Shown piece by piece: positions 26,887 to 40,740 of a stretch of DNA of 64,000 bases (position 1 is its first letter; each line of letters opens with the position of its first letter). The stretch is from Callorhinchus milii (lineage: Eukaryota): positions 620,001-684,000 of the forward strand of contig NW_024704742.1 in assembly GCF_018977255.1 (NCBI RefSeq), given 5' to 3'. The position numbers and the translations under genes were made by a program. The notes below the pieces were generated by a model, which was not told the DNA's origin, did not search any database, and saw only the letters and a list, made by a program, of their open reading frames with translations.

Positions 26887-29800
26887 CTTTAAAAGTAATA
26901 ATGGTATAAAGTGCAAGTCACTTAAAAGTAAAACGTTAAAACTGTTAAATGTGATAGAAGAAACTGCTTGTTGCCTTATTTTGTTAAAGTTTTGAAAAAA
27001 CTGCAGTAAAGCTTTTGTGTTTAAAAAGAAAAAAGAAATTGTGGCTCTGTTAATTTTAGACTAAGCAGATTAAGCAGCTGCAATGGGGCCTTAACATGGC
27101 ATTCATTCTATATATTAAACAAAACGTATGTGAAATGGTGAAAGTGTTTCATTCTACTGACGCTCCAGGAGCAAATGAAATGGTGATGTGTTTTTGAGAT
27201 CGGCAAAAGGGACGTTGTTTCCTCTTTTATAAAGAAACATTGACAATGCTGCTAGTTAAATAAGAGAGTAGGGAGAATAGAGAAGTTGATTTATTATGAA
27301 TCAAGCTGCTATGTTTAGAAATCTGTACAGACCTGCAGTATGGTTATATTCATACCAATGCATTCTTATTAGTTTTCAATAGTGGCCTTTTGTTTTGAAC
27401 TGTGTTGGTGTGTTGATGTTCTCCGGTGAAACAAATTGGCATTTGTAGTACTGTACTGTATTGTATTGGGTTAAACGTTGTCCTGCTATTAACTTGGTAT
27501 GTTGCTAAATAGTCAGATATTGTTACCTTACTTCTGTATCAAATCAAAACCAGTAAACAATGTTTTTTTAAAAATATATATATATATATCATTGTGGAAT
27601 GGTGAATCTTTTGTGTAGTGTCTTGTCTGTGCAACCAAGGAAGCATGTATTAAAATATCTAATGTTTGCACAATTAAAATCAATACATGTGTATCTCCAT
27701 TATTGGTGTCTAAATAGGACTGGAAGTAAATGCCTATTTAACCGACATGGAATTTAACGGTTTAACTGTGGACAGGGAATTTCACAATCACATTCACTTG
27801 TTTGAAAATCCCAAAGTCCAGGTTACCTCATGCAATTAAACAGTCAATCGGGGGTGAGTCAGATCAATCATTTGGGCTGCTCAGTCAATCATTGCTATCT
27901 TCTCCCTATCGTAATGACTGCAGATGACCAAACAACAACTTGCAATTCGTACAGCGCCCTTCACTCAGGAGAGCATCTCAGAGCACTTACACTGCTGTGG
28001 TGCGACAATACAGTGCAAACAATTATACAATCACACACAGGACAAATGTGATCCATCCTTCAGAGTGGACTCACACAGTTTACTACACAGTACAGTAACT
28101 TTGTGAAGAACTTTGAGATGTTTGATAAGGTGCTTTATCAAATGCAAGTATTGGTATTATTGTACACCCATCCAACACGTACACCCATCCAACACACACC
28201 CGCACAAAAGGACTGAAAACAGAATACCTCTGTTAATTCCACAGTGTAAAATGAATGTAAGGGGTCATTTCCAATACAGGGAACATGTGTTGGCCTACAG
28301 GGATCTTGGTTTCATGGCAAACAATCTTTCACCAGCCCACAACTGCTGGACTGCAATCATTTCCAGGTAACAATCCTCCACTGTATGAGAACAGCTGTGT
28401 TTTTTTCAGGAAGGGTTATCCTGGCCAACATGGTGTGGAGTCAATGGCCTGTCATACTCTACTGTTACAGGCTGAGGCCGGTGGCACCTGTTGTAACTGG
28501 CTTTGCAATCAACAGACCCACTCTGCCTTGGGCCTGTTGCTTGTTTTTATGAAAAGCAGTTACAATTGTCACAACACACAGACGCTAGATTTTAAAGGAC
28601 AAGGATAAGTAGCAAATAACCACTGCATGCTGTCAGATATATCTTCACGAGTGGAGTGGCTCGACAACATCACTTGAGGGGAGAGAACACACTCTCCGCC
28701 AATTCTGGGTAATCTAAAAATCTGCCCAGGTGAGGGGTTAAGAAATACTTAGCGTAAGAAGCACATTTCTAAATTTTGTATATATATATATATATATACA
28801 CACACACATACATTCAGGGGCTATGAGTTAAGACCATACTTTGAAGACTATGGATCATGAAACTCGCTGGAACTGCTCCCAGTTCACTGAAGGGCCTTGA
28901 GTGCAATACACTTTCCATTACACACACAGCAGCAGCAGCTTCAACAAGAGATGAAAACTTAAGCAACATGGCTATGATTTCATGACTCCGGCAATTTACT
29001 TGTGCTTATGTTAACATTGCTAACTTAGCTCTGAAGTGAGATTATTTTATGTATGTATGTATGTATGTGTGTTTGTGTCTCTGCTTAAGAGTAATTACTG
29101 AGATTGAACCATGGAGAGCTGAGGCTGAGTTTCTCGCACTGAATTCAAGAAACCAGGGATTTGCGTCAAACTGGGGTGGGTGGAGCAGGCGGGGGGTGGG
29201 GGTTAGTTCTTAAGCAGTAATATGAGAAGGGCCCGTCTCAAGACCTTCCTCTTTCACCGTGGCTTCGGTCATCCTCCCACCCCTCCTACCCCCTCACCCC
29301 TCTTGATCCCTTGACTGTCCATCACCTTGCAACATCCCCTTGATGCGAACGGCGCTGTATAAATGCAATTTGTTTGTTGTTTGTTTGCTACATTTGCATC
29401 CATCGGTGGGGACGGGGAGGGGGTCGGCAAAAAAACCACACAATGACTTGACTCCTAAACCCACCGGTTCTGCACGCAGCACACAGCCCCCTCCCTCTCT
29501 GCCCTGCCCTGCGTGTGTGCCTGGACTGTGTGCCAGCTCCATAACGCACACTGCTCTTTCTTGGCTCTCTTCGCTGGCCCAGGGCTGAGAATAATTTAGT
29601 TGCTGCTTCGTCGGCAGCAGCTCGAAACTGCAGCGAAGCGACCTGACGGCGAACTATGAACAAGTTTGCGCTGAGCGGATTGCGATTGGAATAACAGCGC
29701 TCCAGGGTTTCCTCCTCAACAAGCGCTGCAAAATGTGTGTATGTGTGGCCAGGTCCTAGCAATAATGGGTCGGGTTCCTGTTCACTGCAATGCACCGAGT

Positions 29801-31914
29801 GAGTGACGTGAGCGAGTAAGAGTGTGCGTTTGGGTGGGTGGCTGGGGTGGGTGAGCTCCTCACTAATACACTGGAGCCAGCTGCTCAGCTTATCTTTGGC
29901 TACAAACCTTCAGCAGCTCCACACGCACACACGCACACACGATACACGTACACACACCGCCTTAGCAGAGTTTCTTCACTTCACAGAGAGAAAGTACCTC
30001 TCGGAGCCCTGGACCACACTGTCAAACCGGTGTGTCATTTATCTCTACCTATGGTCACAGGAATATGAGTTTTTTTCAAAAAAAAATTCTATCCAGTATA
30101 TAGTCTTAAGGAATCATGTTAGCTGAGTACTTGTTGCGTCCAGAAAGCAGAATCTATCTTCAAGTGCCTGCCAAAAAGCTCCGTGTGACTTGCCAAACTG
30201 TCCGAGACATACGGGGGCCCAACCTAGTGAGGTTGAGAGCAGTCTGACAAGACTGAAAAAATATATTGTTTAATGCCTTTTACTTCCCAACAGTAGGTGC
30301 CTGTGTCCTTGGCTCCCTCACTCTCGCCCTCTTTCCTTGATGGTGACAGGAAATAATAAAATGCAGGACTCTTGTGAATAACCTCTTTCACAATCTTCAT
30401 TAACATACCTTCCTGAACAGTACAGGCCTTGAGGTGTATCGGGCTTCTGGTTTCACTTCAGGGCAGCAATCTGGAGGTTGGTACGACTGGAAAGTTACCC
30501 AGTGACAAATTACTTTTGAACCTCGCCTCTGGCAACGGAAAGCCTGCACTCAATTACCTCAATGATGTTGTTGACAAACTCTTCAGAAATGACTTCCATA
30601 CTTTTAATCAATAAGTAGGGTCTGCCTCAGGTTGCACAAAGCTCCTGCTGTCATCTTGTCTCCTGACATGTCAAGGAAATAGCAATTTTTCTAAAAAAAA
30701 ATCCCTATTTAGTTCATTTGACTTTTCCTCTCTCTCTCGCGCTCTCTCTGTCTTTCCTTAATGGTGACAGAAAATCTCTTGCCTCTTGTTGATTAAAGTC
30801 CCGAGATCGTGGGCAAGGCTGGCACTCCAGTGCCTGTGTGTTTGAGGTGCCGTCCATCAGATGAGAAGCTAAACCAAGGTCCCGTCTGCCTATTCAGGTG
30901 GAATTTAAAGATCTCAAAAAGAAAAGGGAGTTTCTCCCGGTGTCCTGGTCAACAATCCGCCAAGTAAGATTGATCATTCACCTTATGACTGTTTGTGGGT
31001 GATATTGCTGTGTGATAATTTGCTACCATGTACACCTAAAAGGTACACAGTCACTTCAATAATTACTGTGAAGGGTTTTGAGATTTTTTGTGGTGTCTCT
31101 CTTGCAAGCACACACACACACCTCTCCTTTGGCCTCTCTCACACACAAATCTTTCTCTCTCTCTCTCTCTCTCTCTCACAAACAAATATGTGTAAAGTAG
31201 GGGATGGCGAGAAGCCCATTACAAAATTACGGCTATAAAGTAAACTTTGTTATAGCACGTCAAGTCTCCAGCAAATGTAAAAGTAAATCTTGATCTCCTC
31301 CTGAGGAGTTGATGAGGATTTTTCATCATTTTGATAATGAGGTGGATGTTGGACTAACACAGTCCCAGCCCAATGCTGTGACACTGCACAGAGCCCAGTC
31401 TGACGTGTGTACACAAGAAGGCCAGTGAGTTTTAATGGCAGGACACAACAGCACTGACTTGTGGTTTGGTCGCTGAGTGCTTGCGTTTCCTTTTTAACTG
31501 ATTGTTTCTCTTTCCTTTCCCCTTGTTACTACAACTTATGATTTGGATCAAAAAGTGGAGGGAGCGGAAGTAATAAATAATAATATTTGTATTTGATACA
31601 AAGAGCCGCATTGAAAATTGTCAAAACACTTGAGACAATGAGTTACAGTACTTTATACATTTGATATAGGGCCTTATCACATTGAATCATCTTCTGTGAG
31701 CTTCACAGAGTCTTCTGTAAAGAGTGTGTATTTATAGGCAAATGTCCCAGAAACAGTCATGAAGTGATTGAGCAATTTTTTATTTGGGGGATTGTTGGCC
31801 AGGGCACTAGGGGAAACTCCGAACAGTGTCATGGGATCTTTAACGTCCACTTTTGAACAGTTAGATGGATTCTTGGTAACTTCGATAATGTATCATTCTG
31901 CCAGCACAACATTC

Positions 31915-32300
31915 AACAACAACATCAACAACTTACACTTGTCTAGCACCCTCCAATGGAGGGCAGCGTCTCAGAGCGCTTAACAATGGCGGAGGCTGAC
32001 TCGGGTGGTGGGGGGGGGGGGGGTGACCGTAAGCACCAGTCGAGGAGGAAGATCTTCAAGCGGGAGCCCTTGAAAAAGAAGAGAGAGGGGGCAAGGCGGA
32101 GGGATTGAGGGAGAGTGTTCCAGAGTTTCGGGGCGTAGGGGCTGAAGGCACGACCTCCGATGGTGGGGCGGAGGGTGCGAGGGAGAGCAGGAGCCGGGGC
32201 CAGTCGAGCGGAGGCACCGGGTGGTGGAGTGGGGAGTCAGGAGGTCGGAGAGGGAGGGAGGGGTGAAGGGATTTGAATACGAGAGCGAGCAGCAGACCAA
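31915..32300 (-). mobile_element. L2-type LINE 3' end with (GTT)n tail
   Basis: Minus-strand frame RTLRPTIGGRAFSPYAPKLWNTLPQSLRLAPSL (L2 ORF2 C-terminal motif), then the AAGCGCTCTGAGACGC...GTTGTTG tail. Relatives at about 29210-29380(+), 36640-36960(-), 38185-38560(-), 39420-39680(-), 43690-43830(-) and 59510-59750(-). Confidence 0.8.
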
Positions 32301-33347
32301 CAGTAGAAAAAAAACTCAAATGCTTTCTGCAGGAGAGGAGGGAGGGGAGGAAAGTGCAAAATAAAAACAAGGTCACCTTAACTTGTCCAGACAGTTCAGC
32401 CCTAAATACCTGCTGACTTTAAATCTGCAGAGAGACAGACAAAGTCATATGTGAACTATGGCAAGTTTTCCACAAGCAGTTTCCTCTGTTTCACAAACTC
32501 TATATCTAAAGACATCAAGCGGCATATGCAGCCCCCAGTGGCACGTAACCTTTTGGTTAATACACTACCTGTAATTTGTTTTAAGTGAGTTTAGATGTGC
32601 AAAAAAATGACAACAGTTTCAACAAACACATTGCATGGGTGAGGGGAGGTGGGGGAGGGGGTTTAATGCAGTAAGTGGTGTGATACTTATCACTGGAGAT
32701 AATAAAACTGCCAAATTATTAAAAACTCCATTCCTCTCCCACTGCCCCCGTTTCTGGAGACAAGAAATTCGCTGTGTGAGAAATAGTGGCTTTTAGTCTC
32801 AGTTCTTACAAGATGTTTTTATGTCTTTCTGAAGTTCTCCGCAGCAAGATGTCAGGAATGAGCAGGATCAAGATCCTAAGCTGGTAATAGCTGTTAAAAG
32901 AGTTCCTTGGAAAAGTCCCTGTAACCTCCTACATGTTGAGCGTGTTTTACAGTGTGTCACTGACACAAACAACTGTGATTTGATTTCCATTAATGTCCAC
33001 AAGCTTCAAATAAAATTAAATATTCATAAAAAGTAACAGTGAACAGGACCTCGGTTTAATGTCTCATCCAAAGGACGGCACCTCTGACAATGATACCCCC
33101 CCCCCCACCCCACCACCACCACTGCTACATCGAAGTGTCATCTTAGACTACGTGAGTTCAAGTTCTGACATGGGATTTGAACCCACAGCCTTCTGACTAC
33201 AGTGCAGTAGTACATATGCAGTATTTAGAGGCCTTCCCTGATGAACAGGTATTGACAGATCACTGTATGATTGTGTTACTTGGTTGATGTTTTGCCAGCA
33301 ACGACTAGGTGATGTTTTTATCAAATGCCACTCGAGCATCAACTCAC

Positions 33348-33403
33348 CTTGTTCTTGTCCTGCACAACCAGAACTTTACCATTGGCTTCATCCAACACAG
33401 CAC
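33348..33403 (-). CDS. NUDT6: NUDT6 exon 3 (56 nt)
   Basis: tgtag|GT GCT GTG TTG GAT GAA GCC AAT GGT AAA GTT CTG GTT GTG CAG GAC AAG AAC AAG|gtgagt = (G)AVLDEANGKVLVVQDKNK. Phases fit exons 2 and 4. Confidence 0.94.
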
Positions 33404-33724
33404 CTACACAGTGAACGGCAAACAAGAAAGAGAATGTTCCTGGTGGTATAACACACACATTCCTGCCATCAATAAGATCAAATCACGATGTATAGTCCCT
33501 ATAGTTTGGTGTAGCATCGATTGACTGCCACAAATTGCATTTAGAACTACTTCTGAAGAGGGTGTTACAATCTAGCTCAGTCACTCTGGGCCAGGGTTTT
33601 TGACCCTAGACTTCAATCATTGACCTGCTGGAAAATATGTGTTCCATTCCTCCCCCCATGAGCCTGCTTACTGTCTAGACTTAGACAGTATTGGAGAGCC
33701 CTGGCACTGCTTAAAGTGGACAAT

Positions 33725-34002
33725 TGGCAAAAGAATCAGAGGGGAGATAAGGAGAATTTTTTTTAACGTAGCGAGTTATTACGAACTGGAATACGCTGCC
33801 TGAAAGGGTGGTGGAAGCACGTTCAATAATAACTTTCAAAAGGGAATTGGATGCTTACCTGAAAATAAACAATTTGCAAGGATATTGGGAGAACAAACAG
33901 GGGAGTGGGACTAATTGGATAGCTCTTTCAAAGAGCCAGCACAAGCATAATGGGCTGAATGGCCTCAGTCTGTGTTGTAAAATAATAATAAGATTCTATG
34001 AT
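33725..34002 (+). mobile_element. CR1-type LINE 3' end fragment
   Basis: Translates RVITNWNTLPERVVEARSIITFKRELDAYL with an upstream in-frame stop, then a GGGCTGAATGGCCT 3'UTR. Confidence 0.8.
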
Positions 34003-34360
34003 CAGTAGAAGAGAGGAGAGAATATATTTTAAAAAATGCATTACGAAAATATCCAACGGTGCAACATTTACTAAGTAATATGAAGAAAGATTGAATCCAA
34101 ACACTTAATTTATTTTCCAGTATCCAGAGCAGCATAGACTCCTGGCACACAGACGGGAGGAACCCGAGGGTTTAGAGGAAGCAAAAGTTCATTTTTCCAT
34201 CAGATTTTGATTCTCATAAAGATTTGGTGGAAAAACAAACTTCAACTTATACAATTTTCGGGCTCAGTACATTCAGAACTCTTAAAGTTCACATTTGTGC
34301 AACCTGAACAGTCACTGGTTTCAATCTTGGTTTTGATGGTTAAACCTGACCAAGAAACCA

Positions 34361-34590
34361 ATAATAATGATAATAATCCTTGTATTTGATATAATGCCTT
34401 AACACATTGATTATTATGCCCGAAAAGCGATCCTCCAATCGACTAATAACTGAGTTCCTACTTGCTGCCGAGTAAACAGAGACAAGTGGAGTAAGGAAAC
34501 TTTGCCTAAGGTTTTGCCCCGCCCAGGAATCGAACCCGGGGGCCCTCTTGCTTGCGAGGCGAGTGCTCTAACCACTACCCTACAGGACGC
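34361..34590 (-). mobile_element. SINE family A, internally deleted
   Basis: Head, middle and tail are present in reverse complement; most of the Deu part is missing. Confidence 0.75.
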
Positions 34591-37044
34591 TTATGCATTA
34601 ACTTGCTTTTGGAAGTTCAATTTGTTATGAAACAAAAACTTCTCACAGCTGGTCAAGACTTGAGAATTGTTCCACCCCTGAATCTGATCAGCTGCAAATT
34701 ATTGTATGGAATGGTTATGATTGATTAGTTCCAATGACCTGAATTTGATCTTGGTTTGAAGCAGTGGAGCATCAGCCAATTGGCACTTGAATGGGACATT
34801 TCCTGGATTGATGTAATAGCTATGTTTGTAACCGTGGCCTCTTGCATCCCCCAACATATGTATCATAGTTTCTGTACTGAGGACCAGGCAGATAACCCAT
34901 ACCACAATGAATTTTGAGATTTTGCTGTTTCCCCCCCATCCCCCACTTCTGCCCAACAGCAATCAATACAGGATCAATGCAAAAATCTAGTTATACAACT
35001 ACCTTATCTAATTTATTCAGAGTTGTCTCGAGCTAACGCTCTGGAACTCAACTGGAACACTGATCTCATCTGGATAGAGGGTGTCAATTTAAAGGCATTA
35101 GGACCACCCTACCTGTCAGGGCTTTGGTTTGCAGGGTTAACAGGAGCTGAGTGGGATGACTCCCTGTCCCCATTGACTGGTCTGCCCTTCCAGGTCCTGC
35201 CAATGAGCCAGGCTGGGCTGTGCTGTCATCAGCAGTGCTCTGGAATACGCTCCAAGGAGACCCCACTTACCTCCCTGCCAAGGAGGATGAAGTTATTAGC
35301 AAGTGGGCAACAGGGAGATTAGACCCAGAGATTAAACATGGGAAATTTTGGAAATCACAAAACCTGCTTGGAGACCCTTATACAAAAGGAAATCACAGGT
35401 GCCCTCAAAAATATAGTCACTCCACTTTACAGGATAGCCTATGAAGCACTTTGAGAAGTCCTCCCAATCTGAGACATATTTTACCAAATGTAAGTGCTAT
35501 TATTGTGAAATTTGCAGCAGTTGTTATGTATAAACAATTGCAATGGTTGTTTCTTAGCTGAGTTAACAGGATTTAAAAACTCTGGGCTCAGTTAAGAAAC
35601 AATTTGCTCCTATGATAGGAAGATGGTAGGATAGGATCAAATGGAGTTGAAACTTTCTTGTGATCTTGTGAAAAGACACCTCCTGAATAATTAGTCTCAC
35701 AATACAGCCGACATGTTGAGAACGCAAAAATCCTTGATGAGATATATTATTTATTTGATTACAATCGTATACTGATATTTTCTTTCCTGATGGGACACAG
35801 TATATCCCATTCAGTCGTGAGCAGAGGATTAGCTTTCAGTCCGTATTGTCTGTGTCATCTACAAATGCGGTTCTCACAAAGCCCCACGAGCTATCTGATC
35901 ATCTCTCGCCTCGTTCACACACACGTAACATCCATTGGTTTGCTTCACTGATGCTGCTATTCTGTTACAAAGCGATTTACACTCATGTAGGGCCTTTCAC
36001 ATCGGGGGATGCCCCAAAGGGCTTGGAGTTGTACAACATTTTAAGCATGGACCACTTTGTTGGCTGCCTATTGCGACGCATGCCATCATCATTCCTCGAG
36101 TGGTGGATGCCACACACGTGTAAGTCTAGGATTGCACTAAGCTGTCACACCCAGAGTTGAACAGCCCATTGACAAGGCTTCTCCAGACGCAGATGTGAAG
36201 AGCAGTAGTTTGGATGAGTTACCAGAAGCTATTTCCCCAGCCTATAGAATTATACCCCAACACGAGTTATCAGCTTCAGGAAAGGAATCACAGCTACAAA
36301 ACCAGAGAGAAAATTAGAGGAAAAATGTTTTCAGAAATACAATCCTTTAATATAATGTCCCAAACACATGTCTGGCCTTTTTAATTTACTGTTAAAAGTA
36401 TTTTCAGACACACAGAGCATGCAATTTCTTCCGGGTACAATTTACTTTTAATAGATCCAGCTTTCTGTGTGCACCAAATTCAGATGCGGCTGCAAATGGC
36501 AATGCTTTTGAAGGCAGCACAGATTAGACCGTGGAAGCAGGAAGGGAGGCCTTTCAGCCCATTGATCCTGCTCCGCCGGTTTGTTACATCACATTTCCTA
36601 ATCTCACTTCTAAGCGCTCTGGGATGCTACCCCTGCGTGAAGGGCGCGATATAAATACAAGTTGTTGGTGTTGTAATCTTCTAACTGTAATTTAAAATTT
36701 AAGGAACTTAAATTATGGAAAACGATCCAGTCAGTGAGGACCCAGGAAATGGTTTGGAATGTGTGAACATTGTTCTTTAGAGGCTGTGAATCTAGATCAT
36801 TAACATGTATTGAAAAAATACAGGAGCAAGGATGGATAGACTTAAGAAACAAATGGTGCTTAAGTAAACACCAAGGGTGGCTACTGAAAGCCTGGAGATT
36901 GTCGGAGAAAGGAAAGACTGAGAAGTAAGAAGTTCCACAGTAATAGGACTGATTATGGAAAGAAAGTTGAAAGGGACATAGTGTCAGGAATTTTGAGTTC
37001 AACATGTTCAGAGAGGGGTGCGAATGTACAAGGCAGAGGCTACA

Positions 37045-37432
37045 ATAATCCTTGCATTTGGTTTAGTGCCTTATCAAGTCGGAGGGACTTATCAAATTAA
37101 GTGACTGTGCATTTGTAGGCAAACGCAGCAGCACAATTGCGCACAGTAATGTCCCACAAACAGCCATGAAATTAGTGACCAATGTTATTTGGGGGATTGT
37201 TGGCCAGGACACCGGGAGATACTCCTTTCTCCTTTTGAGTCGTGCCATAGGATCTTTAATGTCCAGCTGAACAGGTAGACGGGACCTCAGTTTAATGCTC
37301 AACCAAAGGATGGCACCTGCTACATTGCAATAACCCCTCAGTTCTGCCCTGGAGTGTCATCTTAGACTATGTGATTAAAACCACAACCTTCTGACTCAGA
37401 GGCGAGAATGCTACCACTGAGCCAGGCTGACA
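37045..37432 (-). mobile_element. SINE family B (DeuSINE-like), near full length
   Basis: Reverse complement of 26328-26762. Confidence 0.85.
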
Positions 37433-40400
37433 CATCTAAAGGAAAGACAAAAGGAAAGAAACAGAGTAAAAAAAAAGTTGACCAATATCAAGTTATGCTT
37501 CAAATACCATAGTGATGACATTCATTTCCAGATGAAAGATTTAGTCCATCATTCAAAACAAACAACTTCCTATTTCTCTTAGCTAAAGTTTGGGCCAAAC
37601 TACGTAGGCGGGGCACTTTAAGACTTTACATGGAAAAGAGAGCGTGTCAGTTTATTGTTGTGGTTTGGCCTTATACCCTCAGTTATGTCAGGACATGTTG
37701 GGACTTTAGCAATGACTAACCGATTAATTATTTCCTGAGCAAAACACCTTCCTGTCTCCGGTTTGGCAGTCAGTCCAATTAACGTCTGACAATAAAAATA
37801 TATTGGAATTATCTATACATTCAAGAATGATGTCCGATGTCTGAGGAACAGAAAGTAACTGTGCTACCTCCAATTCATACAGGGCAAACCCGACCGCACT
37901 GTACAGAGTACTAGTGTACGTACTCTGAGATGCTTCCCCATGTAAAGGGTGCTGTATAAATGTAAGTTGTTGTTGTTGTGTAGGTCTCTTCAGGGCCCTG
38001 GACCAAGATCAAATTTAAAAGGGGGAAATGGGTAACTGAGTTACAGCACAAATAAAAACTTACAAGAGCGTCAGGCCTAGATGGGAATCTAGCTTCGAAT
38101 GTCCTTCCTTATAAATTTGTCTTAAATGCTTTCAATTTGATTTCAGCAAAGTAGGCGTTCCACAACTTTTTCTGCTATTGCACCTGTCACACAGGGTGAT
38201 GTCTCAAAGCACTTTACAGAGTGGGAGCAAAGCAGGAACTCAGAGGAGGTGGGGGGAGCGGAGAGGAAGGGACTGAGGTGACTGAAGGCCCAAGTCAGCG
38301 TGTCAAGTTTTTAAGGTTGAATTTGAAAGCAGAGAAGGAGGCTGAGAGACAGCAGGATTTAGGGAAAGACTTCCAAAGAGCCGGGGCAAAGCGGCTAACT
38401 GCTTTTATGTCAACGCTGGGATGGAGGGGGCGAAGGATATGATTGGCAGAATGAGGGAATGGACGAGGCAAGAGGGCAGCAGGGGATTGTACAGATACAG
38501 TGGAGCAAAGCCATGGAGTCATCTGAAATCTTAAAGTCGATTTGCTAGCGAAAGGAGCCTGGCGAGGAGGAGGGTGATGGGCTTGCGGAGATCTGGATGA
38601 TCTGGAGTTTGCGGAGGAAAGAGCTCCGGAGGTAGGTGAACAGTGATTTATAATAACAATAATAGTCATAATAATAACCCTTGCGTTTGATATAGCACCT
38701 TATCGTGTTGTTGAGACATCCCAAAGCGCTTCGTATCTTTTCTTTCCTTGGGTTAGTTTTTCATTTTTATCCCACCGACTTACTGACTTCCCCTTTTCTC
38801 TTCTCCTTTCTTACTTGCTTTCTATTCCTTTCTGGCAAAAAGCAAGTTTTATACCCAAGAGATAGCCGTAATCGTCTGTCAGAGTAAAAACAGATGTTAT
38901 AGTAAGTTCCAGCTGCAGCCAGTTTAAATGGTTTGAGCAGAGTGTAGGTCTACAGTAAACACTGTCAGCAGAAAGTAGAGCTTTTTAACGTATAGATGAA
39001 GTAGAAGTTGATTGAGCTGTAAGGGATGGTAAACAGCATCCTGAAGACAGACATCATGCGCTGTGCCATTGCACAAATAAGCATAGCTTCAAAACTCCTC
39101 ACATCAACAACATGGAGATTATTCCTGGCTCACGGACTAGGCTGACCCTTCAGTGCATTGATGGGGGCAAAATTTTGCAATGTTCTCCTGTGAGACGCTT
39201 AGCCGAGGTCCAGCCTCCTGCTCACGAGGGCGTTAATGATATCAGGACATTATTTGATGTCTTCTTGGCTCTTGATCATCGACCCTCCTGTTAAAATGAG
39301 TCATTCACTTCATGGCTGTTAGTGGGACTTTACTGCCTGCATATTGGCTTGTTTACCTGCAAGCCCACAGTCACCGCATTACAGTAATGACCTGTGAAGC
39401 ACTTTGAGATGTTATGACAACAATTTATATTTATATAACCCCTTTCACGTCAGGAGAATCTCTCAAAGTGCTTCACAACCTGGCCCGGGGTGGTGGTGTG
39501 GGGTGGGGGGCGGTTGTGGGGGGAGAGGAACACAACAACTGAGAAGGGAGGGAAAAGATAGTTAAAACAAAGTTGAAGAGGTAGGTCTAAAGGTGAAAAT
39601 AGAGAGTGGGGGGTAAGGCAGAGGGACACTGGTATGGAGTGCCAGAGAGTGGTGAAAGCTCGCTCTACAGTGGTGTGGTGGATTTAGACAGATGACATGA
39701 AGCATCTGGTGTTCAGCGAGAGGTCACGCAAAACACGAGTGAGTACCCGGGCAGATGGGTGCAGTCAGCAACTGAGGTGACGGAAACAAGCAGGAGAGCC
39801 TCGGTCATGTTGGCATTGAGTTGTAAAACGTTAGAGCTCATCCAGTGCGATATCTGACAGCCAATCAGTCAGAACAGCATTGGTCTTGGAATCGAGGTTG
39901 GAGGTATAGAGAGAGAGAGAGAGAGTTAGGCGTCAGCCACGTACGCTCGGACCCTTTTCCTCTGGTCTCCTTTTGCTCTGCCCCATTCTCTGTCCGAGAA
40001 GGCAGGAACTCACTTGGCTCTGGGACGTTGCAGCCTTACTCAGTCTGACAACTCATCCCTCAGACATTTCCCTCGCTCTGTGTGGGCCTCCCCAGTGACG
40101 CGACCGAGACTGAGATCTTCTTGCGTGCGACTGACTGTACAGGCGCGTGTATGTGTGCGAGAGCAGCAAGGGGGGAGGTGGGCAGTCGACGGGGATGAGC
40201 CTATGTTACCCTACTCTGTCTCGCTCTGTCTGGAAACGCTCAATAAGACTCTCCCAAGCCAGCGACATTTCTGTTCATTGGTTTTTTTCAGCCACAGAAC
40301 TAATAAAGCTCACTATTTGGACATGCTGCAGTGTGCAAGATTTTGCGAGCAGTCCGTAGGTCATCTCTACGAAATTATTCTAACTTGTTTCTTCCCCCCC

Positions 40401-40634
40401 GGTGCCAAAACCAATGAAAAACATGTTCAAACATGTTTTGGACAAACAACTGAACCGCGCCAGCCGTCTCGAACACTGCCGCCCGCTGCTTGTGGTGAGA
40501 ACTGCTCCTCTTACACTTGTACTTTTTTTTAAATATACACTTTTTTTCTTCTTCTTGTGTAAAACTTGCTGCAAACAGAGAGGTGCGAACAATCGCCAGA
40601 CAACAATAGCTTTCGGCACTTTCCACGTTATATA

Positions 40635-40740
40635 TAAATAAATAAATGAATAAATGAATACATAAATAAATGAATAAATGAATAAATCAATAAATCAATA
40701 AATCAATAAATCAATAAATCAATAAATCAATAAATCAATC
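40635..40740 (+). repeat. (AATAAATG)n/(AATAAATC)n tandem repeat
   Basis: Read directly. Confidence 0.92.
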
